Shown here one piece after another: positions 1-8,691 of a DNA stretch of 64,000 nucleotides. The number at the start of each line of letters is the position of its first letter. Position 1 is the first letter of the stretch. The position numbers and the translations under genes were made by a program. Source of the stretch: Deinococcus sp. (GTDB lineage: Bacteria; Deinococcota; Deinococci; Deinococcales; Deinococcaceae). The stretch covers positions 704,001 to 768,000 of the forward strand of contig OZ253375.1 in NCBI GenBank assembly GCA_965261005.1, read 5' to 3'. Under the pieces are notes generated by a model, which searched no databases, was not told the origin of the DNA, and saw nothing but the letters and a program-made list of their open reading frames with translations.

Positions 1-19
1 ACTCATCTTAAGTTCGTAT
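1..19 (-). repeat. End of a small non-coding repeat (second copy of the element at 2085), cut by the window edge
   Basis: Reverse complement of 1-19 (ATACGAACTTAAGATGAGT) is identical, 19/19, to 2085-2103. Confidence 0.8.
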
Positions 20-33
20 CACCCCTGCCGCGC

Positions 34-1401
34 TCAATCGTCCGCCGCCGCCGCCGCCGCCGCGCCGCGCCCCTGAAGGCGCAGCGCCAGGAACCACGCC
101 ACGGCAACCAGCGCCGCGCCCAGCCAAAAGGCGCGCCCCAGGCCGTCCGCGAGCAAGGTGCCCCCTTCCGACACGCCGCGCCCGATGAGGAGGCCCATCA
201 GCGCCACGCCGACGGCGCCGCCCAGGGTGCGCGAAAACAGGATGGCCGAGGTGACGGCGCCGAGTTCCCCCTTGGGGGTTGCCCCCTGCACCGCGATCAA
301 CAAACTGAACATGGCGAAGCCCATGCCGCTGCCCGCGAAAAAGCCGCTGGCGGCCATGTACGGCAGCGGCGCGTGGACCAAGAGCGCGAAGGCGACAAAG
401 GCGAGCAGCAGCAGCGTGAAGCCCAGCACGACCAGGCGGGTCAGGCCAAAACGGACCATCACGCGGGCGGCCAGCACGCTGCTGGCGGTCCAGCCGACCA
501 GCATGGGGGTCAGCAGCACGCCCGCCTCGGTGGCCCCCCGGCCGGTCACGCCCTGGGCGTACAGCGGCAGGTAGGCGACGCTGCCGAAGTAAGCCGCGCC
601 CGCCAACACGTTGCACAAGACGCCCACGCGCGGCAGGGCCTCGCGCAAGCTGGCGACCGGCAGCAGCGGCGAGGGGTGGCGCCGCTCGACGGGCACGGCC
701 GCGAGCAGCAGGGCCACGCCGAGGGCGACCTCCAGCCAGGCCCGCACCTCCAGGCCCCAGATGAGCAGGCCGCTGCCCGCCGTGAACAGCAGCGCGCCCA
801 GCCAGTCAATCCGCGCGCCCCGGCGCTCAGGCTGTTCGTGCAGGTGGCGCCACACCAGGTACGCCGCGATCAGGCCGAAAGGGAGGTTCAGGTAAAAGAC
901 CCAGCGCCAGGTGGTGTGGTCGGCGATCAGGCCGCCCACCAGGGGGCCGACCAGGCCGGACAACCCCCACGCCCCGCTGATAAAGCCCTGCACCCGCGCC
1001 CGCGCCTCTAGGGTAAACATCTCGCCGATCAGGGTGAAGGTGAGCGGCTGCACCGCCCCAGCGCCGAGGCCCTGCAACGCGCGGGCCGCGATCAGCCAGG
1101 TCATGCTCTGCGAGGCGCCCGACAGGCCCGAGCCGACCAGGAAGATCGCCACGCCCCACAGGTAGAGCTGCTTGCGCCCGAACAGATCCGAGGCGCGGCC
1201 CCATAGGGGACTCGACACCGTGCTGGTCAGCAGGTAGACCGCGAACGGCAAGGCGTACAGCTTTGCCCCGCCCAGATCGCGGATCACGCTGGGCATGGCG
1301 GTGGCGACCACGGTGCTTTCCAGCGCGGCCAGAAAGATGCCCAGGATCAGGCCCAAGGTGGCCAGTCTCTTGGCAGGCGGCAAGTCGGCGAAGACGTTCA
1401 T
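34..1401 (-). CDS. MFS drug/H+ antiporter (DHA2/MDR-like)
   Basis: 455 aa, many TM helices; [14 protein letters not shown], motif A-like [21 protein letters not shown]. Confidence 0.9.
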   Translation of the reverse strand: MNVFADLPPAKRLATLGLILGIFLAALESTVVATAMPSVIRDLGGAKLYALPFAVYLLTSTVSSPLWGRASDLFGRKQLYLWGVAIFLVGSGLSGASQSMTWLIAARALQGLGAGAVQPLTFTLIGEMFTLEARARVQGFISGAWGLSGLVGPLVGGLIADHTTWRWVFYLNLPFGLIAAYLVWRHLHEQPERRGARIDWLGALLFTAGSGLLIWGLEVRAWLEVALGVALLLAAVPVERRHPSPLLPVASLREALPRVGVLCNVLAGAAYFGSVAYLPLYAQGVTGRGATEAGVLLTPMLVGWTASSVLAARVMVRFGLTRLVVLGFTLLLLAFVAFALLVHAPLPYMAASGFFAGSGMGFAMFSLLIAVQGATPKGELGAVTSAILFSRTLGGAVGVALMGLLIGRGVSEGGTLLADGLGRAFWLGAALVAVAWFLALRLQGRGAAAAAAADD

Positions 1402-1447
1402 CGCGCGCCACTATACGCGCGCCTTGCCGGAAAGTCGGTCGCCGGCG

Positions 1448-2050
1448 TCAGTCTGCTTGCCCCAGCGCCCCGATACCCAGCGCCCCGATGCCCAACGCCC
1501 CGATGGCCTCGCCGATGCGCGCGGTCAATTCGCGCACGCTTCCCTGTGGGGGGATGGGGGTCCCGAAGCGCACCGTCCAGGCGCGCCCAAAACGCGCAAT
1601 GTGCACTGGCAGCACCGGGGCCTGCGCCTTCAGGGCGATCAGGGCCGCCCCGTCTTGCAGCGTGGCGCCGCCGCGCGTGCCCTGCGGAAAGATGCCCAGC
1701 ACGCCCTCCGCTTGCAGGATGCGCAGGGCGGTGCGAATGGCGCCCACGTCGTTCCTCGTGCGGTCCACCGGAAAACTGCCGCCGGCCAGAATCAGGTAGG
1801 CGTACAGCGGGTTGGCGAACAGCTCCTTTTTGGTCATGAACTGCACCCGCCGCCCTTTCGGCAGGGCGCGCGCCATCACGAAGGGGTCGAGGTTGGTGGC
1901 GTGGTTCCCGGCCAGAATCAGGCGCCCGGACGGGAAAATATTGCCGCGCCCCTCCACCTTGAGGCGCCCGCCGAACCACAGCGGCACGCCGGTCACGAAG
2001 ATCACGAAGCGGTAGACCCACGGGTTGATGGGCGGCGCGAGGCTGGTCAC
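1448..2050 (-). CDS. plsC: 1-acyl-sn-glycerol-3-phosphate acyltransferase
   Basis: NHxxxxD (NHATNLD), FPVDR and IFPQGTR acyltransferase blocks. Confidence 0.88.
   Translation of the reverse strand: MTSLAPPINPWVYRFVIFVTGVPLWFGGRLKVEGRGNIFPSGRLILAGNHATNLDPFVMARALPKGRRVQFMTKKELFANPLYAYLILAGGSFPVDRTRNDVGAIRTALRILQAEGVLGIFPQGTRGGATLQDGAALIALKAQAPVLPVHIARFGRAWTVRFGTPIPPQGSVRELTARIGEAIGALGIGALGIGALGQAD
1461..1505. repeat. 3 x 15-bp tandem repeat at the plsC C-terminus (GALGI repeats)
   Basis: cccagcgccccgata / cccagcgccccgatg / cccaacgccccgatg. Confidence 0.9.
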
Positions 2051-2084
2051 GCCCCACAGTATGCCAAGACGGCGGGAGGCCGTA

Positions 2085-2246
2085 ATACGAACTTAAGATG
2101 AGTCGAAGACGAATCCGAGCGGGCAGGCCCGAAAGGTGCCGTTCTGCCCAAGACGCGGAGCGAGTACAAGAGAATACGGGATGGCGACGATGGAAACCTA
2201 TGTTGGTGCTTTTCCAACATAGGTTGGAATCAAAGCAATCCCGTAT
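2085..2246 (+). repeat. ~162-bp structured small non-coding repeat (Deinococcus SNR/SRE-like, MITE-like)
   Basis: ATACG...CGTAT termini; stems aacctatgttgg/ccaacataggtt (2195-2225), atacgggat/atcccgtat (2174-2246), gggcag..gaaa..ctgccc (2121-2149); second copy at 1-19; family resemblance is from recall. Confidence 0.7.
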
Positions 2247-2357
2247 AAGCGTTCTCGCTTAGCCGCGCTAAGCCGCCGCCTACGCGCGACCTAGCGCGTT
2301 TAACGCATGTGCCGCACGGGCCTGCGGCGGACAATCGGGGCAGGAAGGAGCGCCACC

Positions 2358-2534
2358 ATGCACGACCTGAACGACAAAGCCCAAGCCCGCCTGAACCAGC
2401 AGCGCATCGAGGCCCTGCGCGCCGAGGCCGACACCCGGCGTCTGCTCAAGCAGCTGCAACAGGGGCCGCGCCCCTCGCTGCTGGCCCGCTTGCTGGGCAA
2501 GCGCAAGCCTGCCACCGAGCCAGCCCGGGCCTGA
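2358..2534 (+). CDS. Small basic helical hypothetical protein (58 aa)
   Basis: AAGGAG RBS before ATG 2358; codon usage like neighbouring genes. Confidence 0.6.
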   Translation: MHDLNDKAQARLNQQRIEALRAEADTRRLLKQLQQGPRPSLLARLLGKRKPATEPARA

Positions 2535-2577
2535 CCCACCTCTCCAAGTGCCTTATTTTTTGCCCCACAATGGGGGC

Positions 2578-3333
2578 ATGATTGACCTCAGCGGCAAGGT
2601 GGTCTTGGTCACGGGCGGCTCGCGCGGCATTGGGGCGGCCATCGCCCGCGAACTGGCGGGGGCGGGGGCGCGGGTGGTGGTGCACTACGGGCGCGGACGG
2701 GAGCTGGCAGAAGCGCTGGTCGGGGAGCTGGGCGCGGAGCGGGCGCACGCCGTCGGAGGCGACCTGCTGCAACCGGACGCGGCGGGCGAACTGTTCGGAA
2801 GGGCTTTGGCGTGGCGCGGTCAACTCGACGTGGTGGTCAACAACGCCGGCATCGCCCCGACCGCCAGCGTGGAGGACTCCCCCGAGGTCTGGGCGGCGGC
2901 GTGGCGCGACACCTTGCAGGTCAACCTGGTGGCGCTGGCGGATCTGTGCCGCGAGGCAATTGTTCACTTTCGCGCGGTGGGCGGCGGCACCATCGTGAAC
3001 GTCGCCAGCCGGGCGGCCTTTCGCGGCGACAATCCCGACGCCATGCACTACGCCGCCTCCAAGGGAGGCGTGATCGCCCTGACCCGCTCCATCGCACGCG
3101 GTTACGCCCGTGAGAACATCCTGGCCTACGCCGTTGCCCCTGGCTGGGTCCGCACCGAGATGGCGGAGGGCTACTTGCGGGAGCACGCCGCCGACATCGC
3201 CCGCGACATCCCCCTGGGCGACGTGGTCCCCCCCGAGGAGGTGGGCCGGGTGGTCGCCTTTCTGGCCTCGGGCCTGGCACGGCATATGACCGGCGCGACC
3301 CTGGACGTGAACGGGGCGTCCTACGTGCGCTGA
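2578..3333 (+). CDS. SDR family NAD(P)-dependent oxidoreductase
   Basis: TGGSRGIG, NNAG, YAASK; CACAAT -10 just upstream (leaderless). Confidence 0.92.
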   Translation: MIDLSGKVVLVTGGSRGIGAAIARELAGAGARVVVHYGRGRELAEALVGELGAERAHAVGGDLLQPDAAGELFGRALAWRGQLDVVVNNAGIAPTASVEDSPEVWAAAWRDTLQVNLVALADLCREAIVHFRAVGGGTIVNVASRAAFRGDNPDAMHYAASKGGVIALTRSIARGYARENILAYAVAPGWVRTEMAEGYLREHAADIARDIPLGDVVPPEEVGRVVAFLASGLARHMTGATLDVNGASYVR

Positions 3334-3341
3334 GTTGTGCT

Positions 3342-3364
3342 CCCTCCCCACTTGCGGGGGAGGG
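3342..3364. terminator. GC hairpin between convergent genes (terminator or REP-like)
   Basis: ccctcccc-acttgcg-ggggaggg. Confidence 0.5.
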
Positions 3365-3370
3365 GGTCTC

Positions 3371-3919
3371 CTAAAACTTCGCCACGGCGCGCATGTTGGT
3401 CAGCAGCACCTGATCACCCGCGTTGACCTTGCCGCCCGTCACCTGAAAGCCGAAGTAGGCTCTCCCCGCCCTTAACGCGCTCAGCAGCGCCGGGCCACCG
3501 GCCGCGAAGTCGGTCGGGTTGCTGCCGACAAAGTCGAAGTCGCCGATCAGGTTTGACGTCCCATCTTCTGTACACACGACGTAACTGACGCCGGGAATAT
3601 GCGTGCAGCCTGAATCGAAGTTTTGCCGCACGAACAGCTTGACCGTTTGAACGTCGAAGCTACCCAGGGGCTTCACCTTATATTCGGCCGTCCCCGTGAT
3701 GGTGACAGCGTTCACCAGGGCAGGAATATTCTGACCCTCAGCTTGGTTCTGGTCGATGTAAATGACCGGCGAGGTGAGGCTCACGGAACTTTGCAAATCC
3801 GCCGGCACCGCGATGGCGAAGTCCGGCAGGGGAACGCTGCCCACGGGGATGTTGCCACAGGCGTTCAAGGTGAGGGCGAGTGAACCCAGTGCCAAAGCGG
3901 CTTTCAGGTGGTTCGTCAC
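3371..3919 (-). CDS. Lipoprotein of unknown function
   Basis: Signal peptide with lipobox LNAC after GTG 3919; beta-rich mature part. Confidence 0.7.
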   Translation of the reverse strand: MTNHLKAALALGSLALTLNACGNIPVGSVPLPDFAIAVPADLQSSVSLTSPVIYIDQNQAEGQNIPALVNAVTITGTAEYKVKPLGSFDVQTVKLFVRQNFDSGCTHIPGVSYVVCTEDGTSNLIGDFDFVGSNPTDFAAGGPALLSALRAGRAYFGFQVTGGKVNAGDQVLLTNMRAVAKF

Positions 3920-3974
3920 GCTCCCAGTCTGAGGCGTCCAAGCTGACGGCGGGTGAACGCCGCTATACTCGGGC

Positions 3975-5162
3975 GTGAAAGCGAGCAGCCTGCAACTCCG
4001 GCTGAAGGCCGGGCGAGAGCGCAAGATTCTGGGCCGCTACCCCTTCGGGCACGCGGGCGACGTGCTGGAGGCGCCGGCAAGCGCGCAGCCCGGCGAGGTC
4101 GTGGACGTTCACGCCGAGAACGGCGCCTTTGTGGGGCGCGGCTACTTCAACGCGGGGGGCGGCACGCCGCTGCGGCTGCTGACCCTCGGGCGCGAAACGA
4201 TTGACGCCAAGTTCTATCAGCGGCGGATTGAGACCGCCCTGACCCGCCGGGCGGGACGTGTGACCGGCACGAACGCCCTACGCCTGATCCACGCCGAGGC
4301 GGACGGGCTGCCGGGCGTGGTCGCCGACCGCTACGGCGACGTGCTGGCGGTGCAGCTTCGCAACGCAGGGGTGGAGCGCCACCGCGACCTGATCGTGGCG
4401 GCGCTGCGCGAGGTGACCGGGGCGGCCAGCGCCTTCGAGCGCTCCGACAGCGGGGAGCGGCGGCGCGAGGGGCTTTCTCCCATCAGCGGCTCCCTGTGGG
4501 GCGACTTGCCCGCGCAGGTGACGTTCTTCGAGGACGACCTGGAGTTCTCGTTTTCGCCCCTGACCGCCCAGAAGACCGGCTTCTACCTCGACCAGCGCGA
4601 CAACCGCCGCCTACTGCGCAGCCTGGTAGCGCCCGGCGACGCCTTCCTGGACGTGTACAGCTACACCGGGGCCTTTTCGCTACACGCCGCCAGGGCGGGG
4701 GCGCACAGCCTGGCGGTGGACAAGGACGCGGGGGCGCTGGGCCGGCTGGAAGGGGCGGCGCGCACGAACGACCTGGAGCGGCAAATCGCCCTGCGCCTCG
4801 GCGACGCGCAGGAGGTGCTGGCCGCCCTGGAGCGCGAGAAACGCACCTTCCAATTGGCGGTGTTCGACCCCCCGACCCTGGCCAAGCGCCGCGACGACGT
4901 GCCGAGGGCCAAGGGGCTGTTCGCGGACGGCCTGACGCGGGTGTTCTCGATGCTAACGAATGGTGGCCGGGTGCTGGTGTCCAGCTGCGCCCACTATTTA
5001 CGCTTGGAGGACGTGCTGGACGCGGCGCGCGTGGCGGCGGGCGCGGCAGAGGTCGGCGCCGAGGTGGAGAGCGTCACCTACCAGCCGCCCGACCACCCCT
5101 GGGTGCTGGCCGTGCCGGAAAGCCTCTACCTCAAGTCCGCCCTGCTGAGAATCGAGCGTTGA
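3975..5162 (+). CDS. rlmI: PUA-domain class I SAM-dependent rRNA m5C methyltransferase (RlmI-like)
   Basis: EADGLPG, QKTGFYLDQRDNR, LDVYSYTGAF, DPP, SSC; TATACT 5 nt before GTG. Confidence 0.82.
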   Translation: MKASSLQLRLKAGRERKILGRYPFGHAGDVLEAPASAQPGEVVDVHAENGAFVGRGYFNAGGGTPLRLLTLGRETIDAKFYQRRIETALTRRAGRVTGTNALRLIHAEADGLPGVVADRYGDVLAVQLRNAGVERHRDLIVAALREVTGAASAFERSDSGERRREGLSPISGSLWGDLPAQVTFFEDDLEFSFSPLTAQKTGFYLDQRDNRRLLRSLVAPGDAFLDVYSYTGAFSLHAARAGAHSLAVDKDAGALGRLEGAARTNDLERQIALRLGDAQEVLAALEREKRTFQLAVFDPPTLAKRRDDVPRAKGLFADGLTRVFSMLTNGGRVLVSSCAHYLRLEDVLDAARVAAGAAEVGAEVESVTYQPPDHPWVLAVPESLYLKSALLRIER

Positions 5163-5202
5163 GCCGCACACGCCGGTTCGGACGCCCGTTAAACTGCGTG
5201 GC

Positions 5203-5709
5203 GTGACCAGGCCCGTGTCCGCGCTGCTCCTCGAATACCAAGACTATGTGATGGCCTACCGCCTGCGCGCCCTGGTGGGCGGCAAGCTGGCGCCGCGCGG
5301 GCCGCTGCTGGCGCTGGCCCCCTACGCCCGCAAGCGCATCGAGCGCCAGTCACTCGCCAAAGCCCTCGTCAAGAAAGAAATTCCCCTGGCCGGTCTGCGC
5401 GAGATTGACCGCCTCACCGACGAGATGGCCTACGGCTTTTGGCACAACCCCGCCGAGGTGGCCGACTTTCTGCGCGCCGCCCTGCGCGTGGGCGGCCACC
5501 CGGCCCTCGGCGACCCAGCCGCCTTCGCGCGGCTGTTCACGCCGTCCGAGACGGCGCGGCTGGGCGCACGCCTCAGCGGGGTCACCGAGCACTACCTGAC
5601 CTGCCTGAGCCTGGCCGCCCCCGGCATCGACCCCGTGGCGCTCGACAACGTGTACCGGCGGGTGGAGGGCTTCGAGATGCCCCTGTTCGCCGACGACTTG
5701 CCGGCTTGA
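5203..5709 (+). CDS. Hypothetical protein
   Basis: 168-aa ORF with GC3-biased codons; TAAACT -10 before GTG. Confidence 0.7.
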   Translation: MTRPVSALLLEYQDYVMAYRLRALVGGKLAPRGPLLALAPYARKRIERQSLAKALVKKEIPLAGLREIDRLTDEMAYGFWHNPAEVADFLRAALRVGGHPALGDPAAFARLFTPSETARLGARLSGVTEHYLTCLSLAAPGIDPVALDNVYRRVEGFEMPLFADDLPA

Positions 5710-5711
5710 GC

Positions 5712-6335
5712 GTGAACGGCTTGGGATGGCTGCGCGCCCTGTTGCCGCAGCCTTGTCCAGGCTGTGGGGCGGGCCTGGGCGCCCGCGCCGGCCTGTGTCA
5801 GGTCTGTTTAGGCGCCCTACACGCAGAAGTCCTTTCGCACTCGCCGCTCACCCGGGTAGCCTCACCTCACCTCGTCTCGCTGGGCCGCTACGCCGGCCCA
5901 CTGCGGCGGGCGGTGCGCGCCCTCAAGTATGGGGGCAGCCGTGAAGTCGCCGGGGCGCTGGGCGCGAGGCTGGCCGCCGGCGTACCCCCCGCCTGGGCGC
6001 CGCAGGCCGTGTGCGCCGTGCCGCTGCATGCGGGGCGCGAACGTCGGCGCGGCTACAACCAGGCCGAACTGCTGGCCCGCGCCCTGGCCGCCGAGCTGAA
6101 GGTGCCGTGCCGGCCCTTGCTGCGCAGAACGCGTGCCACGCGGCAGCAAGCGAGGCTGCACGCGGACGAGCGGCGGGCCAACCTGGAGGGCGCCTTTGAA
6201 GCGACCGGCCGGGCGCCCCTACGGGTGCTGTTGGTGGACGATGTGCTGACGACCGGCAGCACCCTGACGGAGTGTGAGCGCGTGCTGCGCGCGGCGGGGG
6301 CGGAGCGGGTCTTCTTCGCGGTGGCGGCCCACTGA
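5712..6335 (+). CDS. comF: ComF family amidophosphoribosyltransferase-like competence protein
   Basis: N-terminal CPGC/CQVC zinc ribbon, RRRGYNQA, LLVDDVLTTGST PRTase motif. Confidence 0.88.
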   Translation: MNGLGWLRALLPQPCPGCGAGLGARAGLCQVCLGALHAEVLSHSPLTRVASPHLVSLGRYAGPLRRAVRALKYGGSREVAGALGARLAAGVPPAWAPQAVCAVPLHAGRERRRGYNQAELLARALAAELKVPCRPLLRRTRATRQQARLHADERRANLEGAFEATGRAPLRVLLVDDVLTTGSTLTECERVLRAAGAERVFFAVAAH

Positions 6336-6355
6336 CCTCTATCCGTCCACCGCCG

Positions 6356-6574
6356 CTACCAATCCACCGTCAGCCGCTCGCCCGCGAACTCCACCGCGTC
6401 GCCGCGCCGAAGCTTTTTGCGCCGCCGGGTCTCGACCTCGCCGTTGAGCTTCACCTGGCCGTCCTGAACGCGAAACTTGGCCTCGCCGCCGGTCCCCACC
6501 AAGCCGGCCAGCTTGAGCCAGTCTTGCAAGTCAATGGTGTCGCGTTCCGGAGTATCGCGTTCTGGGGCGCTCAA
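6356..6574 (-). CDS. S4-domain RNA-binding protein (YaaA/YbcJ-like)
   Basis: LKLAGLVGTGGEAK...VKLNGEVETRRRKKLRRGD. Confidence 0.88.
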   Translation of the reverse strand: MSAPERDTPERDTIDLQDWLKLAGLVGTGGEAKFRVQDGQVKLNGEVETRRRKKLRRGDAVEFAGERLTVDW

Positions 6575-7107
6575 GGCAGGGAATAAAACTTGGCGAAGAT
6601 CTTGAGGTCGGCGCCGTCCACCTTGCCGTCGCCGTTGAGGTCGCCGCGCACACCGCTGCCGGTTTTGCCGTAGCTGTCCGCCAACACGGCGAAGTCGCTC
6701 AGGTCAATCTTGCCGTCGCCGTTGAGGTCGGCGCCGCCGTAGCGGGCGCGCACGTCCTTGGGGGCGGCGCCCGCCGGCAAGCCGAGCTGCGCCTCGACCT
6801 CGCCGCGCACGGCCTGCGCCACGCTGACGGGTCCCTTGGGGTTGATCTCGATGACCTGCTCGCCGCCACGCGTGACGGTGCGGCTGGCCTCGTCGGGGTT
6901 GAAGGTGGGGGCGCCGCCCAACTGAATCTTCGGTCCCGAGTCGGTCAGCAGGCGAAAGCTCACGTCGCCGGTGCTCAGCGCGCCGAGCGCCTGCACCAAG
7001 GCGGCCTTGACTTCGGGCGTGGCCGGGCGCAGCCGCACGTCCACCGCCCCAGCCACGCCGGCAAGGGCCGCGCCGAGCAGGGCCGCCCGCAAGAGCGCCC
7101 ACCTCAC
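6571..7107 (-). CDS. Secreted protein with C-terminal dockerin-like Ca-binding repeats
   Basis: Signal peptide from GTG 7107; ADLNGDGKIDLSDF and GDLNGDGKVDGADL repeats. Confidence 0.78.
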   Translation of the reverse strand: MRWALLRAALLGAALAGVAGAVDVRLRPATPEVKAALVQALGALSTGDVSFRLLTDSGPKIQLGGAPTFNPDEASRTVTRGGEQVIEINPKGPVSVAQAVRGEVEAQLGLPAGAAPKDVRARYGGADLNGDGKIDLSDFAVLADSYGKTGSGVRGDLNGDGKVDGADLKIFAKFYSLP

Positions 7108-7550
7108 GGCGCCACCCGCGCGTCCAGCAAAGCTTTTTTGAAGGCGGCCGGATCGCTCACGCTTTGGCCCTGGACCTTGCCGCCCTGAAGCAGGTAGACC
7201 CCTTGGTTGACGCCCACCACCGGGCTGTCGAGCAGGCCCTTGTACAGCAGCAGCACGGCCTCGTCGTTCACGGCGAGCTTGGGCGCGCCCTCCAGGCCGT
7301 CCAGCACCCACAGCGTGGGGGCGCCGTTCAGCTGTGGCAGGTCGGCCACGCTGCCGCTGAGGGTCTCCCCCACCTTGAGGGCGTAGACGGTCCACTTCTG
7401 GCCGCCCTGTGTCTGCGGTTTAATTTCGGTCACGCGCGCCTGCACAATCAAGTCGGCCTTTTTGGCTTGCTGGGCCAAGGTCAGCTTGGGCACGAAGCCA
7501 GCGACGGCGGAGCTGGAGAGCAGCGCGGCGAGCAGAATAAGGCGCCTCAC
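7104..7550 (-). CDS. Secreted hypothetical protein (possible NTR/TIMP-like beta domain)
   Basis: Signal peptide; LAQQAKKADLIVQARV pattern; 4-nt overlaps with both neighbours. Confidence 0.7.
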   Translation of the reverse strand: MRRLILLAALLSSSAVAGFVPKLTLAQQAKKADLIVQARVTEIKPQTQGGQKWTVYALKVGETLSGSVADLPQLNGAPTLWVLDGLEGAPKLAVNDEAVLLLYKGLLDSPVVGVNQGVYLLQGGKVQGQSVSDPAAFKKALLDARVAP

Positions 7551-8590
7551 GGCGTTTCCCCAGAACCCGAGTCGGGCGGCGGCGAGCCGGGCGACACGCC
7601 GTCATTCGAGGTGTCATCCACCGGAGCGCCCGGATCTTCGTAATCAGGCGCCTCATCGGAGCCGGGGTCGCTTGGCGGCACCGGATCGCTTGGCGTGGGC
7701 GTCGCCGTGCCCGGCGCCGGCGTGCTGGGCGCGGCCCCGCCTGGCGCCGTTGTGTTGGGAGTGGGCGTGGCCGGGTCCGTTGTACCGGGCGCCGCTTGGC
7801 CCGGGGCCGTCTGCTTGGTCGGGGTGGCCGGATTGGCGGGCTTGGCCGCTTCCGGGAACTTCTTCTCGGCGACCAGCTTGCCGTCCATGGCGCGCGCCTC
7901 GAAGGCGCTGGTTCCGCCGTCCAGCGTGACCGGCTTGGGGAAGCTCAGGCCGATCAAGGCGACGTTGGCGCCGCTTTGGGGCTTCTTCGTAAAGGCGAGG
8001 TCCAAGGTCAGCATCGGGCCGGACTGCTTCCACAGCAGCAGTTCGCCGCCGCCCGCGCCGGCCTCGACGCGCGACACCTTCACGCCGGGGGGCAGCTTCC
8101 ACTGAAAGCGCGCCGCCCGCGCGCTGCGCGGATAGCTGAGCGTCAGCGGAACGCGGGTGTCCGAGCGAAAGGTGGCGGCGCCGCTGGGCAAGCTGGGCGC
8201 CAAGCTCAGCGCGGGCAAGTTGCCCACGCTGATGGCGTAGGTCTGCGCGCGCGTGGACAGGCTGCCGTCGGTGGCCTCCACGATGAACTCATAGCGGCCC
8301 TGCTTGGTGGGCGTGCCGGCCAGCTGGCTGCCCTGCAAGCTGACGCCCGGCGGCAGCTCGCCGCTGGTGACGCGCAACGTGTAGGGATTCACGCCGCCCG
8401 ACACCGCGATATCGGCCTGATAAGGCTCGTTTTGGTAGGCGGCGGCCAAATTGCTGGAGCCGAAGCTGAGCACCTCTTTGCCGCCCGTCCCGCTGAGGTC
8501 GGCGCCGCTGCCGCACGCCGTCAACGCCAGCGTGAGCAGCGCGGGGGCGGCGCGAAGGAGACCTCGCCTGAAGTTGCCGGTCTTGACCAT
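7547..8590 (-). CDS. Lipoprotein with putative Ig (He_PIG) domain, cohesin-like domain and P/T/D-rich tail
   Basis: Lipobox LTAC; SGG.PYT...GELPPGVSL...LAGTPT..G.YEF.VEATD Ig pattern; second beta domain; low-complexity tail. Confidence 0.75.
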   Translation of the reverse strand: MVKTGNFRRGLLRAAPALLTLALTACGSGADLSGTGGKEVLSFGSSNLAAAYQNEPYQADIAVSGGVNPYTLRVTSGELPPGVSLQGSQLAGTPTKQGRYEFIVEATDGSLSTRAQTYAISVGNLPALSLAPSLPSGAATFRSDTRVPLTLSYPRSARAARFQWKLPPGVKVSRVEAGAGGGELLLWKQSGPMLTLDLAFTKKPQSGANVALIGLSFPKPVTLDGGTSAFEARAMDGKLVAEKKFPEAAKPANPATPTKQTAPGQAAPGTTDPATPTPNTTAPGGAAPSTPAPGTATPTPSDPVPPSDPGSDEAPDYEDPGAPVDDTSNDGVSPGSPPPDSGSGETP

Positions 8591-8691
8591 GTTCAAAGTG
8601 TACCCGGGCGAAGGTGAGTTTGAGAACGAAAACCGCTCATGACCGGGGGTGTGGCACGGTGGCCTCCGCGCTCAGCCGCTAGAATCGGCGG

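Noticed and set aside
2085..2300. Retron msr-msd, 6S RNA, Y RNA or c-di-GMP riboswitch reading of the long hairpin
   Set aside because: No reverse transcriptase or Ro gene nearby and no matching consensus; the second copy at 1-19 points to a dispersed repeat
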